From contig NC_082721.1 in assembly GCF_030144855.1 (NCBI RefSeq), positions 23,312,001 to 23,376,000 on the forward strand: DNA of 64,000 nucleotides, read 5' to 3'. This DNA comes from Hypanus sabinus. Lineage: Eukaryota. Below the pieces are notes generated by a model. That model saw only the letters and a list, made by a program, of their open reading frames with translations. It did no database searches and was not told the DNA's origin. Positions within the stretch are counted from its first letter, which is position 1. Each line of letters opens with the position of its first letter. A program made the position numbers and the translations under genes. Shown piece after piece: positions 11,018-24,668 of this stretch.

Positions 11018-11307
11018 TGGGTGGCATGGTAGCATAGTAGTTAGCACAACACTTTACAGTGCAGGCAACCCGGATTTAGTTCTTGCCACTACCTGTAAGG
11101 AGTTTGTATGTTCTCCCCATGACAGCGTGAGTTTCCTCCAGGTGCTCTGGCTTCCTCCCACAGTCCAAAGATGTACCGCTCAGTAGGTTAATTTATCATT
11201 GTAAATTGTTCTGTGATTAGGCTACCATTAAATTGAGGGATTGGTAGGCTGGCACGGCTTGGAGGGCCAGAATGGCCTATTCCACACTTTATCTCAAATA
11301 AATAAAC
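11018..11307 (+). mobile_element. V-SINE (HE1-like)
   Basis: tRNA-like head GGTGGCATGGTAGCATAGTAGTTAG; V domain GGAGTTTGTATGTTCTCCCC...GGCTTCCTCCCACAGTCCAAAGA; AAATAAATAAA tail. Confidence 0.85.
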
Positions 11308-11429
11308 TACAGTTACTTTTATCATCTGTGCTAATGACTACTTAGACTACTTATGGGTTAAATGTCAAATTTTGATTGCTGAGGCTGCTGCAAAACCTTT
11401 GTGATATTTTCTCCATTAAAAAAATCAAA

Positions 11430-12115
11430 GGCGTCATATGAATGTGATTTAAATTAGTTGTAGACTTCAGGAAGAGGAAGTCAGGAGAGCATACAGCAGA
11501 CCTCGTTGAGGGGCCAGCAGGGCAAAGGGTGAGCAGCGAATTTCTGGACGTTAACATCTCAGAGATTCTATCCTGGACCCAACACTTTGATGTAATTGCG
11601 AAGAATGCGTGCCTGTGGCTCTATTTATTAGGAGTTTGAGAATATCCGGTGTGTCACCAAAGACTTTTAAGAATTTCTACAGATGGAGATTACTCTGACT
11701 GGTTGCATCACAGTCTGGTATGGAAGCTCCGATGGACAGAGTTGCAAGAGGCTGTAGAGCATTTGTAGACTCCTCAGCTCCATCATGGGCATAGACCTCC
11801 TCACTATCTGGGGCATCTTTAAGAGGTAGTGCCTCAGAAAGGTGACAGCACCTTCACCATACGGGACATGCCCACTTCTCATTACAGCCACTGGGGAAGA
11901 GATATAGGAGCCCGAAGACACATGTGGTTTCTTCTACTCTGCCATCAAATTTCTGAATGGTTCATGAACCAATGAACACTACCCATGTTTCTTTTATTTT
12001 CTTGCACTATTTTCTTTTGCAATTTATAGTAGTTTTATACCTTTGAATTGTACTGCTGTCAAAACAACACATTTCATGTTGTTTAAGTCAGTGATAATAC
12101 TTTTGATTCTGATTT
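11430..12115 (+). mobile_element. Rex1/Babar LINE 3' end
   Basis: RT C-terminal remnants (F.QE, FLDVNISE.LSW, SYLTGCITVWYG-like) and a TGATTC-type tail. Confidence 0.75.
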
Positions 12116-13894
12116 GTTAATGTCAATCCAGGTGAGGGCAGTTTTCCTTTAAGAAACGATTACCACCAGTTTTTGCAAAATAAAAGATAGAGTGTCTCTT
12201 CAGGCATGTGGCTAAAGCAGTGCATGAGTTATCTGCAGACTCTTAATGCAGCTGTTACATTGTGCTTGGTGAGATCACATGGGGAAACGAGTACTGCTGA
12301 ACTGTACTCGTGCTGACTCACACTGACATGCATGTGGCAGTAACGAGAATGATTTAATGCTGCATCTCATCTGTTCATAACCTTGACAAGCGTAGCTCAC
12401 CGAAACTGCACACTTTTACAATGAGATCATCATTTTTATTGGTCCCCTTCCCCCTCTTTAATCTGCCTGTCACACGCACCCCATCACCTGAATCCACCTA
12501 CGTCTTGGAATTACATTACATAGAATTTTGCAGCACAAAAACTCCCCCCACCTTCGTCATCTAACCTTATTAAGATTTATTTTTTGTCCTTTTCTTCTCT
12601 TACATTATTCTTAAACGCAGCCTTGTTGCTTATCTCAGTCTGAGCTTATCTGAGCAGTGAAATTTCTACTGAATTTTAAAGCAATTTATTCATGATTATT
12701 TTATATTTGTAGCCTTTGGTGTTGTCCTTAGATAGAAATACTGGCTTAGAATATGCAGTATCGATTATTCAGAGCTACTTTTGGGAATATACAGTATATA
12801 CAAACTGTACTTTAGCTGGAGTAAAACATAACAGTGACCAATTCTGGTAACCCACTGTCTTTCCTGGTATGCAGTGCACTTGTGAATTAAGTGACATCAT
12901 TTTCCATGCCAGGGAAATTAGTTCATATTGTCCCAGAAATGATGAGCATTAAGACATGTATCTTTCCATGGAGAATTATGAATTCTTCTTAAAGGGGACT
13001 GTTATATTCATATTCCTAAAGGTACTGACTCTTCCTCCTATTCTCCTCACACTCCGAGCCCCATTCAGCCCAGAAACTCACCCAACCCTATGATTATTTC
13101 TGGCACCACATCCTCTAACTCTCCGACAAACTGATGTCCCTAACTGATGGTTGAAGTCTCTGGGGCACTGATCCCCTGATTCTCCAACGCCCTGATCCCT
13201 TAAGGTTCCAACTGACTAAAAGCATAGCCTTCAGATTTACTTAGCCCAATTGCCTAATGACCATATTTCATCATAAGATTCCAGCTCTTGGACTCTTCTT
13301 CTTAGGACATGACCCTCAGATACTTCGAGGCCTTGATGATTACAATGGGAATAGTGTTCTCCCCGTACACCACTTGAACACAAATAAATTAACCCAGCTT
13401 GATGCTTTGGTCAACTAAGGAAAGTGCTACAGAAGATCAAGATTGCAATCCTGGCACAAAGCTCTTGACTTTCCATACAACAGTGATCCTTGCTTTTTAT
13501 GTTCTTCTAATCTGGACATCAGGCATTTAAAGCTAGAAAAGCTAGAGAGTTAGAAGATGAAAAAGCTTGCATTGCCGGGCGCAAGAGTAGTTTCTATCCC
13601 ACTGCTGTAAGACTCTTGAATGGATCTCTTGTACATTAAAGATGAACTCTTCACCTCACAGATCACTCGGTCATGGCCCTTGCAACTTATTATCTACTTG
13701 CACTGTACTTTCTGTAACACTGAATTCTGCATTCTGTTATTGTTTTTGCTTTATACTATCCCAGTGTACTTATGCTTTGAAATGATACAGTATTTATAGT
13801 TGGCTTGTAAATCTAAAGTTTTCAGTGTATGTCGATGCCTATGGCAATTATAGCCCATGAGCCATAAACAGAAAATTCACTGGAAGAAATATGA

Positions 13895-14222
13895 TCCACT
13901 GAAAAAATAGTGGTGGGTGCGTGGAATGCACTGCCAGCGACGGTGGTAGAGGTGGATACAATTGGGTCTTTTAAGAGACCCTTAGATAGGTACATGGAGC
14001 TTATAAAAATGGAGGGCTATAGGGTAGGGAAATTCTAGGCAGTTTCTAGAGTGGGTTACATGGTCAGCACAACATTGTGGGCTGAAGGGCCTCCAATGTG
14101 CTGTAGATTTTTTTTTAAATGGAGCTAGGAGAGATTGGTGTTTGATTTGCTTTTTAGCTGGTTCAGCACAATGTTGTGGGCTGAATGGCCTCTCCTGTGT
14201 TGTAATGTTCTATGTTCTATGA
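13895..14222 (+). mobile_element. CR1 LINE 3' end with duplicated tail
   Basis: GTGGAATGCACTGCCAG...; CAGCACAAC/ATG..GTGGGCTGAA.GGCCT occurs twice; TTCTATG tail. Confidence 0.75.
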
Positions 14223-15629
14223 TCAACATCATCAAAGCAAAATCTTCCCTGTTCACTACAAGGTTACCTTTACTGCCCTCTTCTGGTCCAACAACCCCAA
14301 CACTGAGACCCAAAAGCTCACAGTTGGCTACACTGTGGCCAACACCAGATTTCTGAAGCACCACTCTTTTGAATTTTGTCAATTGCAGAGATATTCAGAG
14401 AAAAAGAGTTAGGGAAATTCTTAAAGCTTCTTTGAACAAGTGCAGCATCTCCATTGACTGGGACCTGTAATACACGACTGTTCAAAATGGAGAAGGAGCT
14501 CTCTGGTTGGTTTTTAGAACCTCAAGGGAACATATTGGGAAGATACAGAAACCCTGTATTAGCATAAGAAGAAAAGTTCCACTTCACAAACTACCTGGTC
14601 AGCCATCATGCCCATCTCAGAACCCATAAAACTGCACATCTTTGATCCTATAGATCTGGGCTTGATTTTAGTCTTGCATGATTTGCACACCGATACCTAT
14701 GAGGCACTGATTTGGAATTCTGAATGTTTCTTAAATCTTTTTCTACATCAGAACTGCAAAGGTCACTTGCTGTAAATGACCTGATTTGTTGAGAGAGAGC
14801 AAGTAGCTAATCGCTAATGGATTAATAGTTCAAGAGATAGTGCAACAAGATCATCTAGAAATTCTCCTAAGCTTTTAATAGATAAATGGTATATCAGCCT
14901 GAACACTAACCTTTCATTCTCATTCCTATCTTGATAGTGTTGCATCGAACAGTGCCTCACTGACATTCTCATCTTTCTGGTAACTTACCAATTTTGTTCC
15001 CTTCCTTAGAGCAGACATCCAAGATTTTCCATTTAAGAATTCTACATGCCCTTTCTTGCATAGATGGACTCAGCTTTCTATCTGACGTCTGCAACTTTCT
15101 TCCCATTGATTTTAGAAGAATGTGGAAAAATCCATCTCATAAATCCTGGAAATCCTGAGGAATATCTGGGTATGAAAAATTAGCACTGGGGTTGGGATGT
15201 TATATCAGTTTTGCCTTGCATTTTTTGATGTCTGTTCTTCTTTGTATTACAAAACGTGCAAAACATTTGGTTTTGCATAATATATAATCCCACATTAGAC
15301 AGTGTCAATGCCAAATGTACACGGAAATCCTTATTATACCAAAGGAAAACCAACATGAACATGCATTCACGTTTGACTGGGCATTATTCAAATTACTTGA
15401 TGCTCACTCCTTTGAAATCAGACTTATTGATTCAAAACCAAATGATTATTATCCTAGTCTAGACAATGGCAGATAGGTGTAGTGTGGTTTGTGCCCATGG
15501 TACTTGAAGAGGATGAGGATGTGCTGACAGTGGCAAAAACATTTTATTCATTATGTCACTTTTAAACATGGATGGAGGAACCATAGCTGTTGTAGTTTAC
15601 CCTTGTATTGTAACAAAATACATCATTTT

Positions 15630-15960
15630 TCCTGGGAGGATGTTTCCTGTGATGGGAGAGTCTAGGACCAGAGGACACAGCCTCAGAATGGAGGGGCATC
15701 CTTTTAGAATGGAGATGAGGAGGAATTTATTTAGCCAGAGAGTAAGTGGATCTGTGGAATTCATTGCCACAGGCAGCTGTGGAGGCCAAGTCTTGATGTA
15801 TATTTAAGGCAGAGGTTGATAGTTTCTTGATTGGTCTGAGCAGGAATGGATACAGGGAGAAAGCAGATTGGGGCTGAGAGGAATGAAGGATTAGCCATGA
15901 TGAAATGGTGGAGCAGAATCAATGGGCCAAATGGCCTAATTCAGTTCCCATATCTTATAA
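15630..15960 (+). mobile_element. CR1 LINE 3' end
   Basis: MFPVMGESRTRGHSL...F..EMRRN.FSQRV and the ATGGGCCAAATGGCCTAATTC tail. Confidence 0.85.
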
Positions 15961-16389
15961 AAAATGCTCAGAACAAAAGGATGATGGGAGGCAATTGACC
16001 CGTTATTTCTGTTTCTTCATTTACCAATTGCAGATGTCCACAGTTTCCTGTTGGTGATTGCTCCCCTAACCAATTTTTCCATGTCTCATTCATCTTCAGC
16101 CACTGAAGAAAGGACACCACGTTTGCCTTAGATGACTGTACAAGTCCACTGTATATTATGTAGCTATTATTCATACTTAAGCAAGACAGGAGTGCAGAAA
16201 TGTTCTCCTTAGTGCTCCCTATCCAGCTGAGAAGGACATCAGAAAATATCTGCACCATCTAATCCTTGGCTTAAACTTTGTCATAGAATTGTACAGCATG
16301 AAAACAAGAATTTTGGCACACCAAGTTCTTTGAGATCCCATTGGATTTATCCTTTGCTTCTCCCATTTTTTATCCATCCCACATTCCAT

Positions 16390-16952
16390 CAACTCAGGAC
16401 TCACACCACCAGGTTCAGGGATAGTTATTATTCACTTGTCCCATTATTGAAATGTTCTCATAACCTAGGGACTCACTTTCAAGGACTTTCATCTCATGTT
16501 CTCAATATTTATTGTTTGTTTATTTATTATAATAATAATTATATATTTATTTTTGTACATGCACAGTTTTTTGTCTTTTGCTTGATGGTTGAGTGCCCAA
16601 GGTGGTGTGATCTTTCATTGATTCTAACTATTCAATTATGGATTTATTGAGTATGCCTGCAAGAAAATGAATCTCAGGATTGTATATAGTGGCATATACT
16701 TTGATATCCGGCTGGTGGTGTGTAGTTGCATCAGCACTAAACTCGAGGCAAGTGGTTCTGAGTTTCAAACCAGCTGACTCCTTGCACTCTTTCCATCCTG
16801 TTGGGTTGAGCATTGAGCTGGCAACTCAACCTCATAAAAAGCAGTCAAATGCTATGGAAATGGCAAAAAAAAAGCCACCTGATGGAAAGGAACAAGGCAC
16901 AAGAAAGGAACAACATCAATATGTTGTTTAATAATAAATTTACTTTGAACTT
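16390..16952 (+). mobile_element. Rex1/Babar 3' end interrupted by a SINE (~16706-16918)
   Basis: RTHTTRFRDSY motif and AATAAATTTACTTTGAACTT tail; SINE with GGTGGTGTGTAGTTGCATCAG head inserted in the tail. Confidence 0.7.
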
Positions 16953-17248
16953 CCCCAGAATGTACAAGGCCCCTACTACATTTTAGGGCCACTACAATGG
17001 CCAATTAATCTACCAACCTGGAGCAACCGGGACTATTTGGCCTGTTCTTTCAAAGAGTAAGCATGTGGGCAATGAACTGAGTTGTCTCTTTCACTGCAAT
17101 GTCATATTTAAAGCAGCAGTTGAAAGATTCTTGATTAGTAAGCACATCAGAGGTTACAGGAAGAAAGCAGGAGAATGGGGTTGAAAGGAAAAGTAAATCC
17201 ACCATGACTGAATGGTGGAACAGACTCAATGGACCAAATGGCCTCTTT

Positions 17249-17639
17249 TGTTGCACGGGGCGACTGGACTGAGGAAAACCCAAGTGCAGGACACCGGCAC
17301 ATCGACTGAGTTGGGGATGCTGGCGTAGACATGAACATAGAACAGCAAACCGGAGGAATCTTGATAAGGAGATGGGGTTTACAGGGACTATCTTGAAACT
17401 AGAGCTGAACTTGAAACTAACAGTTCTAATCAGACAAGGGAATGAAGTATCACGCAAGAATAGACCAACAAACTGGCAACCTGTGATAGTGATGCTATCG
17501 TACTTATTTCGCAGACTCAGATGAAAACCAGGTGTACTGTAATTAAGTAAATTAGCAATTGGAAATTTAATGACTGAAATTAGGGCATAATCAGGGAGAA
17601 AGGAACGTTAAAGGGGAACAGCCAACTGGAACCATGACA
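17249..17639. mobile_element. Solo LTR (391 bp) inserted in a CR1 3' tail
   Basis: TG...CA termini (TGTTGCACG...CATGACA); 4-bp TSD CTTT at 17245-17248 and 17640-17643; splits the CR1 tail AATGGCCT...TGCTCCTGTATCTTATG. Confidence 0.7.
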
Positions 17640-18026
17640 CTTTTGCTCCTGTATCTTATGATCTTGTCATTCTTTGATTCTAGATTATATGATTTTTTGT
17701 ATGATTACAAAAAAGTAAATTTTTAGTACATTTTTTAAAGTTCTGAGCAATGTGTTCTTATATTCAGACTACTGGGCAGCCAATATGTTTACCTGTTATA
17801 GCAAAAAACAAGCAAACTTACCATGTAGAGCATTTAAAAATTTTTCATAAAGTATGGAAAATTCTACTTACTCCATGTAACTGACCAGGAAAGTGTGCTT
17901 AATTGAGTAAAACTGAAAGTTTGCTCTTAGGATAAATACAAGCATGTCTTTTAACACCTCGAATACAACTTCCTCTCTGGTATGTGCTGATAATTAGGCC
18001 TGCTCACTCTCTGTTATTTACAGAGA

Positions 18027-20295
18027 CATAGAAACATAGAAAACCTACAGCTCAATACAGGCCCTTCTGCCCACAAAGTTGTGTCGAACATGTCCCTAGT
18101 TTAGAAATTACTAGGCTTACCTATAGCCCTCTATTTTTCCAAACTCCATGTACCTGTCCAAAAGTCTCTTAAAAGACCCTATCATATCCACCTTCACCAA
18201 CGTTACCGGCAGCCCATTCCACACACTCACCACTCACTGCGTGAAAAAACTTACCCCTGACATCTCCTCTGTACTGACTCCTCAGCACCTTAAACCTGTG
18301 CCCTCTTGCAGCAACCATTTCAGCCCTGGGAAAAAGCCTCTGACTATCCACAAGATCAGTGCCTCTCATCATCTTATACACCTCTATCAGGTCACCTCTC
18401 GTCCTCCGTCGCTCCAAGGAGAAAAGGCTGAGTTCACCCAACCTATTCTCATAAGGCATGTTCCCCAATCCAGGCAACATCCTTGTAAATCACCTCTGCA
18501 CCCTTTCTATGGCTTCCACGTCCTTCCTGTAAGTGAGGTGACCAGAACTGAGCACAGTTCTCCAAGTGGGGTCTGATCAGGGTTCTATATAGCTGCAACA
18601 TTACCTCTCGGCTCCTAAATTCAATTCCATGATTGATGAAGGCCTATGCGTCGTACACCTTCTTAACCAGAGTCAACCTGCGGAGCTGCTTTGAGTGTCC
18701 TATGGACTCGGACCCCAAGATCCCGCTGATCCTCTACACTGCCAAGAGTTTTACCATTAATACTATTATCTACCATCATATTTGACCTATCAAAATGAAC
18801 CACCTCATATTTATCTGGGTTGAACTCCATCTGCCACTTCTCAGCCCAGTTTTGCATCTTATCAACTTGTATCTTGTAACTTCAGACAGCCCTTCACACT
18901 ATCCACAACACCTCCAACCTTTGTGTCATCAGCAAACTTACTAGCCCATCCCTCATCCAGGTCATTTATAAAAATCACGAAGAGTAAGGGTCCCAGAACA
19001 GATCCCAGATGACCAACCTCCATGCAGAATATGACCCATCTGCAACCACTCTTCACCTTCTGTGGGCAAGCCAGTTCTGGATCCACAAAGCAACGTCCCC
19101 TTGGATCCTCCTTACTTTCTCAATAAGCCTTGCATGAGGTACCTTATCAACTACCTTGCTGAAATCCATATACTGAAATCATAATTCTCCTTACTCCAAT
19201 TAAACATTTTTCTAACTTGTCTGTTCCTATCTCTCTCCAATGCTATTGTAAAGGAGATAGAATTATGATCACTATCTCCAAAATGCTCTCCCGCTCAGAG
19301 ATCTGACACCTGACCAGGTTCATTTCCAAATACCAAATCAAGCACAGCATCTCCTCTTGTAGGCTTATCTACATATTGTGTCAAGAAATCTTCCTGAACA
19401 CACCTAACAAACTCCACCCCATCTAAATCCCTTGCTCTAGGGAGATGCCAATTGATATTTGGGAAATCAAAATCTCCCATCATGACAGCTCTGTTATTAT
19501 TACACCTTTCCAGGATCTGTTTCCCTATCTGCTCCTTGATATCCAGGTTACTATTCGGCAGCCTATAAAAAAACACCCAGTAAAGTAAAGACCCCTTCTT
19601 ATTCCTAACCTCCACCCACAAAGACTCCGTAGACAATCCCTCCATGGCGTCCACCTTTTCTGCAACCATGACGCTATCTTTGATGAACAGTGCCAGGCTC
19701 CCACCTCTTTTGCCTCCCTCCCTGTCCTTTCTGAAACATCTAAAATCCATCGTGGCTCCAAGTACTTATCCACACTCTAAGCTCATCCACTTTGTTCCTT
19801 GAGTTAAAATAGACACATCTCAAACCTTTGGTCTGAGCTCATCCCTTCCCTATCACCTGCCTATCCTCCCTCTCGCACTGTCTACGAGCTTTCTCTATTT
19901 GTGAGCCAACCTCCTCTTCCCCAGTCTCTTCAGTTCAGTTCCCACCCCCCAACAATTCTAGTTTAACCTCTCCCCAGTAGCCTTAGCAAGCCTCCCCGCC
20001 AGGATATTTGTCCCCCTGGAATTCAAGTACAACCCATCCTTTTTGTACAGGTCACACCCGCCCCAAAAGAGGTCCCAATGATCAAGAAATCTGAATCCCT
20101 GCCCCCTGCTCCAATCCCTCAGCCACGCATTTATCCTCCACTTCATCCTATTCCTATTCTCACTGTCATGTGTCACAGGCAGTAATCCCAAGATTACTAC
20201 CTTTGTGGTCCTGTTTCTCAACTTCCTTTCTAACTCCCGGTAGTCCTTTTTTAGGATCTCTTCCCTTTTCCTACCTATGTCATTGGTACCAAGTT
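18027..20295 (-). mobile_element. CR1 LINE with ORF1 SGNH-esterase, AP endonuclease and RT fragments (internally deleted)
   Basis: GTNDIG...DGLYLN..G (19958..); FRKDREGGKRGG, GDFDFPNINW, PTRGDAVLDLV (19295..19750); [23 protein letters not shown]; (TTTCTATG)n tail at about 18027. Confidence 0.92.
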
Positions 20296-20911
20296 GGGAC
20301 AGTGGCTGAGAAGCTAAATTTACAACAAACTGTTGCAAAATACCCATGAGGGATCCTTTAAATTCCATGGGAGAGACCATGATATCTGCTATGTGAACAG
20401 TCATGGTCAATGACCACTGTTGCCCTCTTAGTGGGGAACATTGCTCCTCAGGGCAGGTCAGGGATGTACTGAGCCTGATTTTCAAGCAACTTCCATCAAA
20501 TAATCAAAGAATGGCACCTGGCACTCTACAAATTGGGGAACTGGGGAAGTGACAGGGTTACAAAATTGCTCCTGTGAAGAGAGTCCTTGATGAGGTTGGC
20601 TTGGACACAAATGCTGGAGTATCTAAGGCTGGGATTGAGACACGGTCTCAGACAGGATACAGAAACTGAGCACAAAACAAATGCTAGACAAAATCACTGG
20701 TAGGCTTACATTTGAGCACTGTATTCTTTAAATACTGTGTGCCTTAAATTCTTGGCACCCAAAATATGATTATCAATTAACAGGAACATCCTAAGCCTTT
20801 AAAGGGGCTGCACTGGGTATCCCTACTCTGGAGAGTTAGAGCATGTAAATCTTGGAAACTGGCATGGTTGGGAGCGTCTTGTAACAGGACCTCCCTGCCC
20901 CAATGATCCTG

Positions 20912-21643
20912 TGTGATGAGATCTGAAGGATTATTCAATATGGACTGTTCCTTTAAAAAGAGAGAGAGAGAGCATGCATGCTAATTCAGCGAGCGAGAGC
21001 AACGAAAGCCTGTGGATTGCCTTGGAAATGGCAAGGCGGAGTTATATGATGGACAGCTGGTGTTCAGCAGTTGTGGAATATATACAAGGTCAACTGGCTT
21101 TGTAATCAGACACACAGAAGGCTCTGACACTGGTTGAGCTTGGTGTGCCCATGGCAAAGGTGGGGTTTTTGCTCACAGTGTGGACAAAGGGGTGACGGGT
21201 GGAAAGCTGTTGGTGTGTTTAACCCTTGCCTGGGTTGATAGCTTTACTGTGTGAAAACGGCATTCTCTTTTGTCTGGTCACAGTCGGTGACTTTAATAAG
21301 TTTTGGGAGCAGGACAACGACGTGGAAGATTCAATGACATCAGCACTGGGAAGACAAATTACCTCTCCATCTCTCTCTTCAACCTCCTCAATTCAATATC
21401 CAGAACTGAACTGACTTCATAGCTATACCATTGTAAGACTGTATCATTCATCACCTGAGCTGGGAGAAGTTTGGGAACTTTATTTACTCACGTATATATG
21501 CATAGACTCTGCTAACCTGTTTGCCTTATCTTGTTTTACATCCCTTTATCACACAGTTACTAATAAAATAGTGCTTAAATCAGAAGACTCAGACTCCAGG
21601 TGTATCCATTTCTGCTGGTCCTTTTTAACCCCTTACGGGGTAC
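20912..21643 (+). mobile_element. Solo LTR nested between the Gypsy chromodomain and PPT
   Basis: Starts TGTGATG; AATAAA near 21562; 3' part shared with LTR 23378-24668; flanking CCTG at 20908-20911 and 21644-21647; terminal CA missing. Confidence 0.75.
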
Positions 21644-23377
21644 CCTGGTTGCTAGGAGAGACGGTGATGGTAATCGTGAATGAGAGTTGGATTCAGGATG
21701 TCTCTTTCCGCCACCCAGCACCTTTCTTCCGGTCTGAATCCCTCCCAGTCCACTAGGTATTGCCAAACACCTCGAACAGTATGCGAGTCCAGGAGTCTTT
21801 TCACCATGAAGACATGTTTCCTCTCAATAAACCTGGGTGGTGGCGGGTCTGATGGTAGTGGGGCTAAGGGGCTGGTGCAGACAGGTTTTAATTTAGAGAT
21901 GTGGAAGGTTGGGTTGATCTTTAGGGTCAAAGTTTAAGCTACTGGGTTTACTTTCCTCAGGATCTTAAATAGACCAATAAACTTGGGCACCAAATTTATA
22001 GATTCCACTTGGAGAAGTGAATAATGAGTAGACAGTCAGATCTGTTGTCCTGGCTGTAACATGGGTCACAGATTTCTCCCTCAGTTTACCTTGGTCTCTA
22101 CACTCTGGGTAGAGGCCAGCAAAACCTCTCTTGCCCTCATCCATTTCTCCTTGCAGCGTTGGACAAAATCTTCTGCCACAGGGACCCCAACCTTGGCTTC
22201 TTGTTCCCATGTGCCAAGTGCTATAAGGTGCTGTGGCCGAGCTCTGTTCATATTAAATGATCACACCACTCTGCTGGTCTTTCCGAGATCAGGCACCTTA
22301 GGGCACGTTCTAAATCCTGGTTGGTCTGTTGGACTGTGGGTGAAACCCGGAGGAATGACTCACCCTATCAATTTACAGAAAGCCTTCTAGAACAGTGATG
22401 AAAATTGTGGACCATGATCCGACACCGTGTCCAGTGGGAATCTGTGGACCCTGAAGACCTGGGCTAGAGCAATCGCGGCTGTCTCCACTGCAGAAGGTAG
22501 CTTCTCCAAGGCAATAATGAACCTGCAGGCCTTCGAAAACCAATCGAAATTGCCGTAATGACCGACTTCCCCTTGGATGGCAGGAGATCCATGACAAAGT
22601 CCATGGAGATGTGTGCCTAATGTCTCTTCAGAATGGGTAGGGGATGGAGGAGCCCTGGAGGTTGGGTACGGTGCTCCTTACTCCAGACACACACCTTGCA
22701 TGCCTGCACATACTGCTGAATTTCTCTCATCATTCCGGGCCACCAATACCTCCTCTTGGTAAACTTGAGGTTCCTGGCAATCGCTGACAGAATGGTCATT
22801 CTTGACGAAAGTCTCTACTGGAGTACCTGGGACCAGATGGAACTTGGGACAAACAGCCAACCTGGAGAACTTTTCACAGGAATCTCTCCTTGTGCTTGGG
22901 CCCTGTGAACAAGACCATCTATTCCCCAATAATTGGTTTTACCACCCTGACTTGGGGAAAAATGGTGGTAGGCTGCTCCTCTCATTCTGGTTCATCAAAC
23001 TGGCGGGAGAGGGCATCTGGCTTCTGATTCTTAGATCCCAGTTGATAGGTCAGGATGAAATTAAACTGGCTATAAAACAAAGACCTGGCCTACCTACAAT
23101 TCAGCCTCTTGGCCTCCTGCGTATAGGCCAGTTTCTTATGGTCAGTCCAAATGATAAAAGGGCTCTTGACATCATTCTTCCAAAGCTAACCTAACTGCAA
23201 GAAGCTCCCGATTTCCGAAGTCATAGTTACTCTCCACCAGCGGTAGCCGTCTGGAGAAAAATGTACACGGGTGTAGCTTGCAGTCCGAAAATGATCACTG
23301 AGTCAAGATGGCACCTACTCTGATGTCTGCCTCCACAATGGAGGGAAGGTCCAGTTTAGGAGAAACCAAGATGGGAG

Positions 23378-24668
23378 TGTTATGTACCCCCAGGGTTCAT
23401 TTTTTTCAGTGGACTGTCACTTTAAAACACCAGGAAAATGAGACTGACTTTTGGGCACTGTTTGAGCTGCTCCAGAGAGCGAGAGAGAGAGGGAAGGGTG
23501 GAGTTATTTGATGGACAATTAATGTTATGGTTTCTCTGCAGCTTGTTTTGAATATACAAGGACAGTTACAGACACAGAAATACGTAGTTAGAGTCAAGAT
23601 GGATTCAGTCAATGGAAGACATCAGTGAGTCAGTCACTGGTTTAAACTTTCAGTAGCCCAAAAGGGATGAGTTGAGATCGATCCAGAGTATTGATAAATG
23701 ACTCTCACAAGTTTGCTGCAACTAGAAGAAGTTTGCAGGGAAGAGAAGAGTGGAGGGGAAGGTTTGAAACAGAAGAAACCTAGTGACAAAGAGATCACTG
23801 TTTGGACTCTCACTCTAAGTAGCCTGTGAGGGTGGGTTTGTTTCCATTCAGCTTCGAAAGTGTGATTGTCACTTAGTTAATCCACAGGAGTGGGTTCTCT
23901 GGTGAGGGGAAAAACCTTTGTGAATACCACATGTGGGCTTACCCTTTGTCTGGGTGTGGTATCTCACTGAAGAAAGGCACCCCTGTGGCAATCACTGTTG
24001 GAGTTATTTCATATGTCGTGGAACTGGATAAGTGCCCATCATGTTGTGTGTGTTTGGGGTAACATTGTGGAATCTACCAGTGTGTCAACCCTTGCCTGGG
24101 TGGTGGTTCCCTTGAAGACGGTCCCCTTTGTGATAAGCTACTGTTGGTGATAATCCATACGTGGATTCTGTTTGGGTATCCTGTGGCCACCACTTTGAGA
24201 TGTCCCATAGCTGAATTCAGGTGTGGTACCACTTGTCTGGAAAGGATATTTGTTGAAGATCACTGTTGTTGATACTTCGTGTGTGGAGTGGAACAACTTT
24301 GGAGATAAAACCTACTGCTATTGTTATTTTGTATTGCTGTCGTGGAATCGGTAGAATATCGATGTAATTGCCTTCTCACAACATTCATCTTTGGATTACG
24401 AATATCTCACATTAATTAACCTGTGCAACTGAACTGAAATGTTCTTATGTACCACCGTAAGACTATATCACTTACCACTTGAGCTTGAATAAGTTTGGGA
24501 ACTTTATTTACACCTATATATGCATAACACTGTTAACTCTTGATTTACCTGGTTTAAGTTGCTACATTACGTAGTTACTAGTAAAACAGTGTTTTGTTAA
24601 CATCAAAACCAGACTCCAGGTGTGTTCTGTTGCTGCTGGTATTTTTACAGCATTGCGCGTACGTGACA
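23378..24668 (+). mobile_element. Solo LTR (1291 bp) nested in the Gypsy RT/RNase H linker
   Basis: TGTTATGTAC...GTACGTGACA termini; TSD GGAG at 23374-23377 and 24669-24672; splits the host FTIAP/ILV motif. Confidence 0.88.

Noticed and set aside
11018-11090. tRNA gene
   Set aside because: The tRNA-like head is followed by a V-SINE body and tail; no intact cloverleaf.
14400-15180. Unique-looking segment that might be an old coding or TE remnant
   Set aside because: No motif or consistent frame could be recognised by eye.
20420-20436. CTCF-like motif (CCACTAAGAGGGCA on minus)
   Set aside because: One-base insertion relative to the core consensus; no other support.
23860-24350. CRISPR-like array
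   Set aside because: Vertebrate DNA; the repeats are degenerate, irregular and internal to an LTR.
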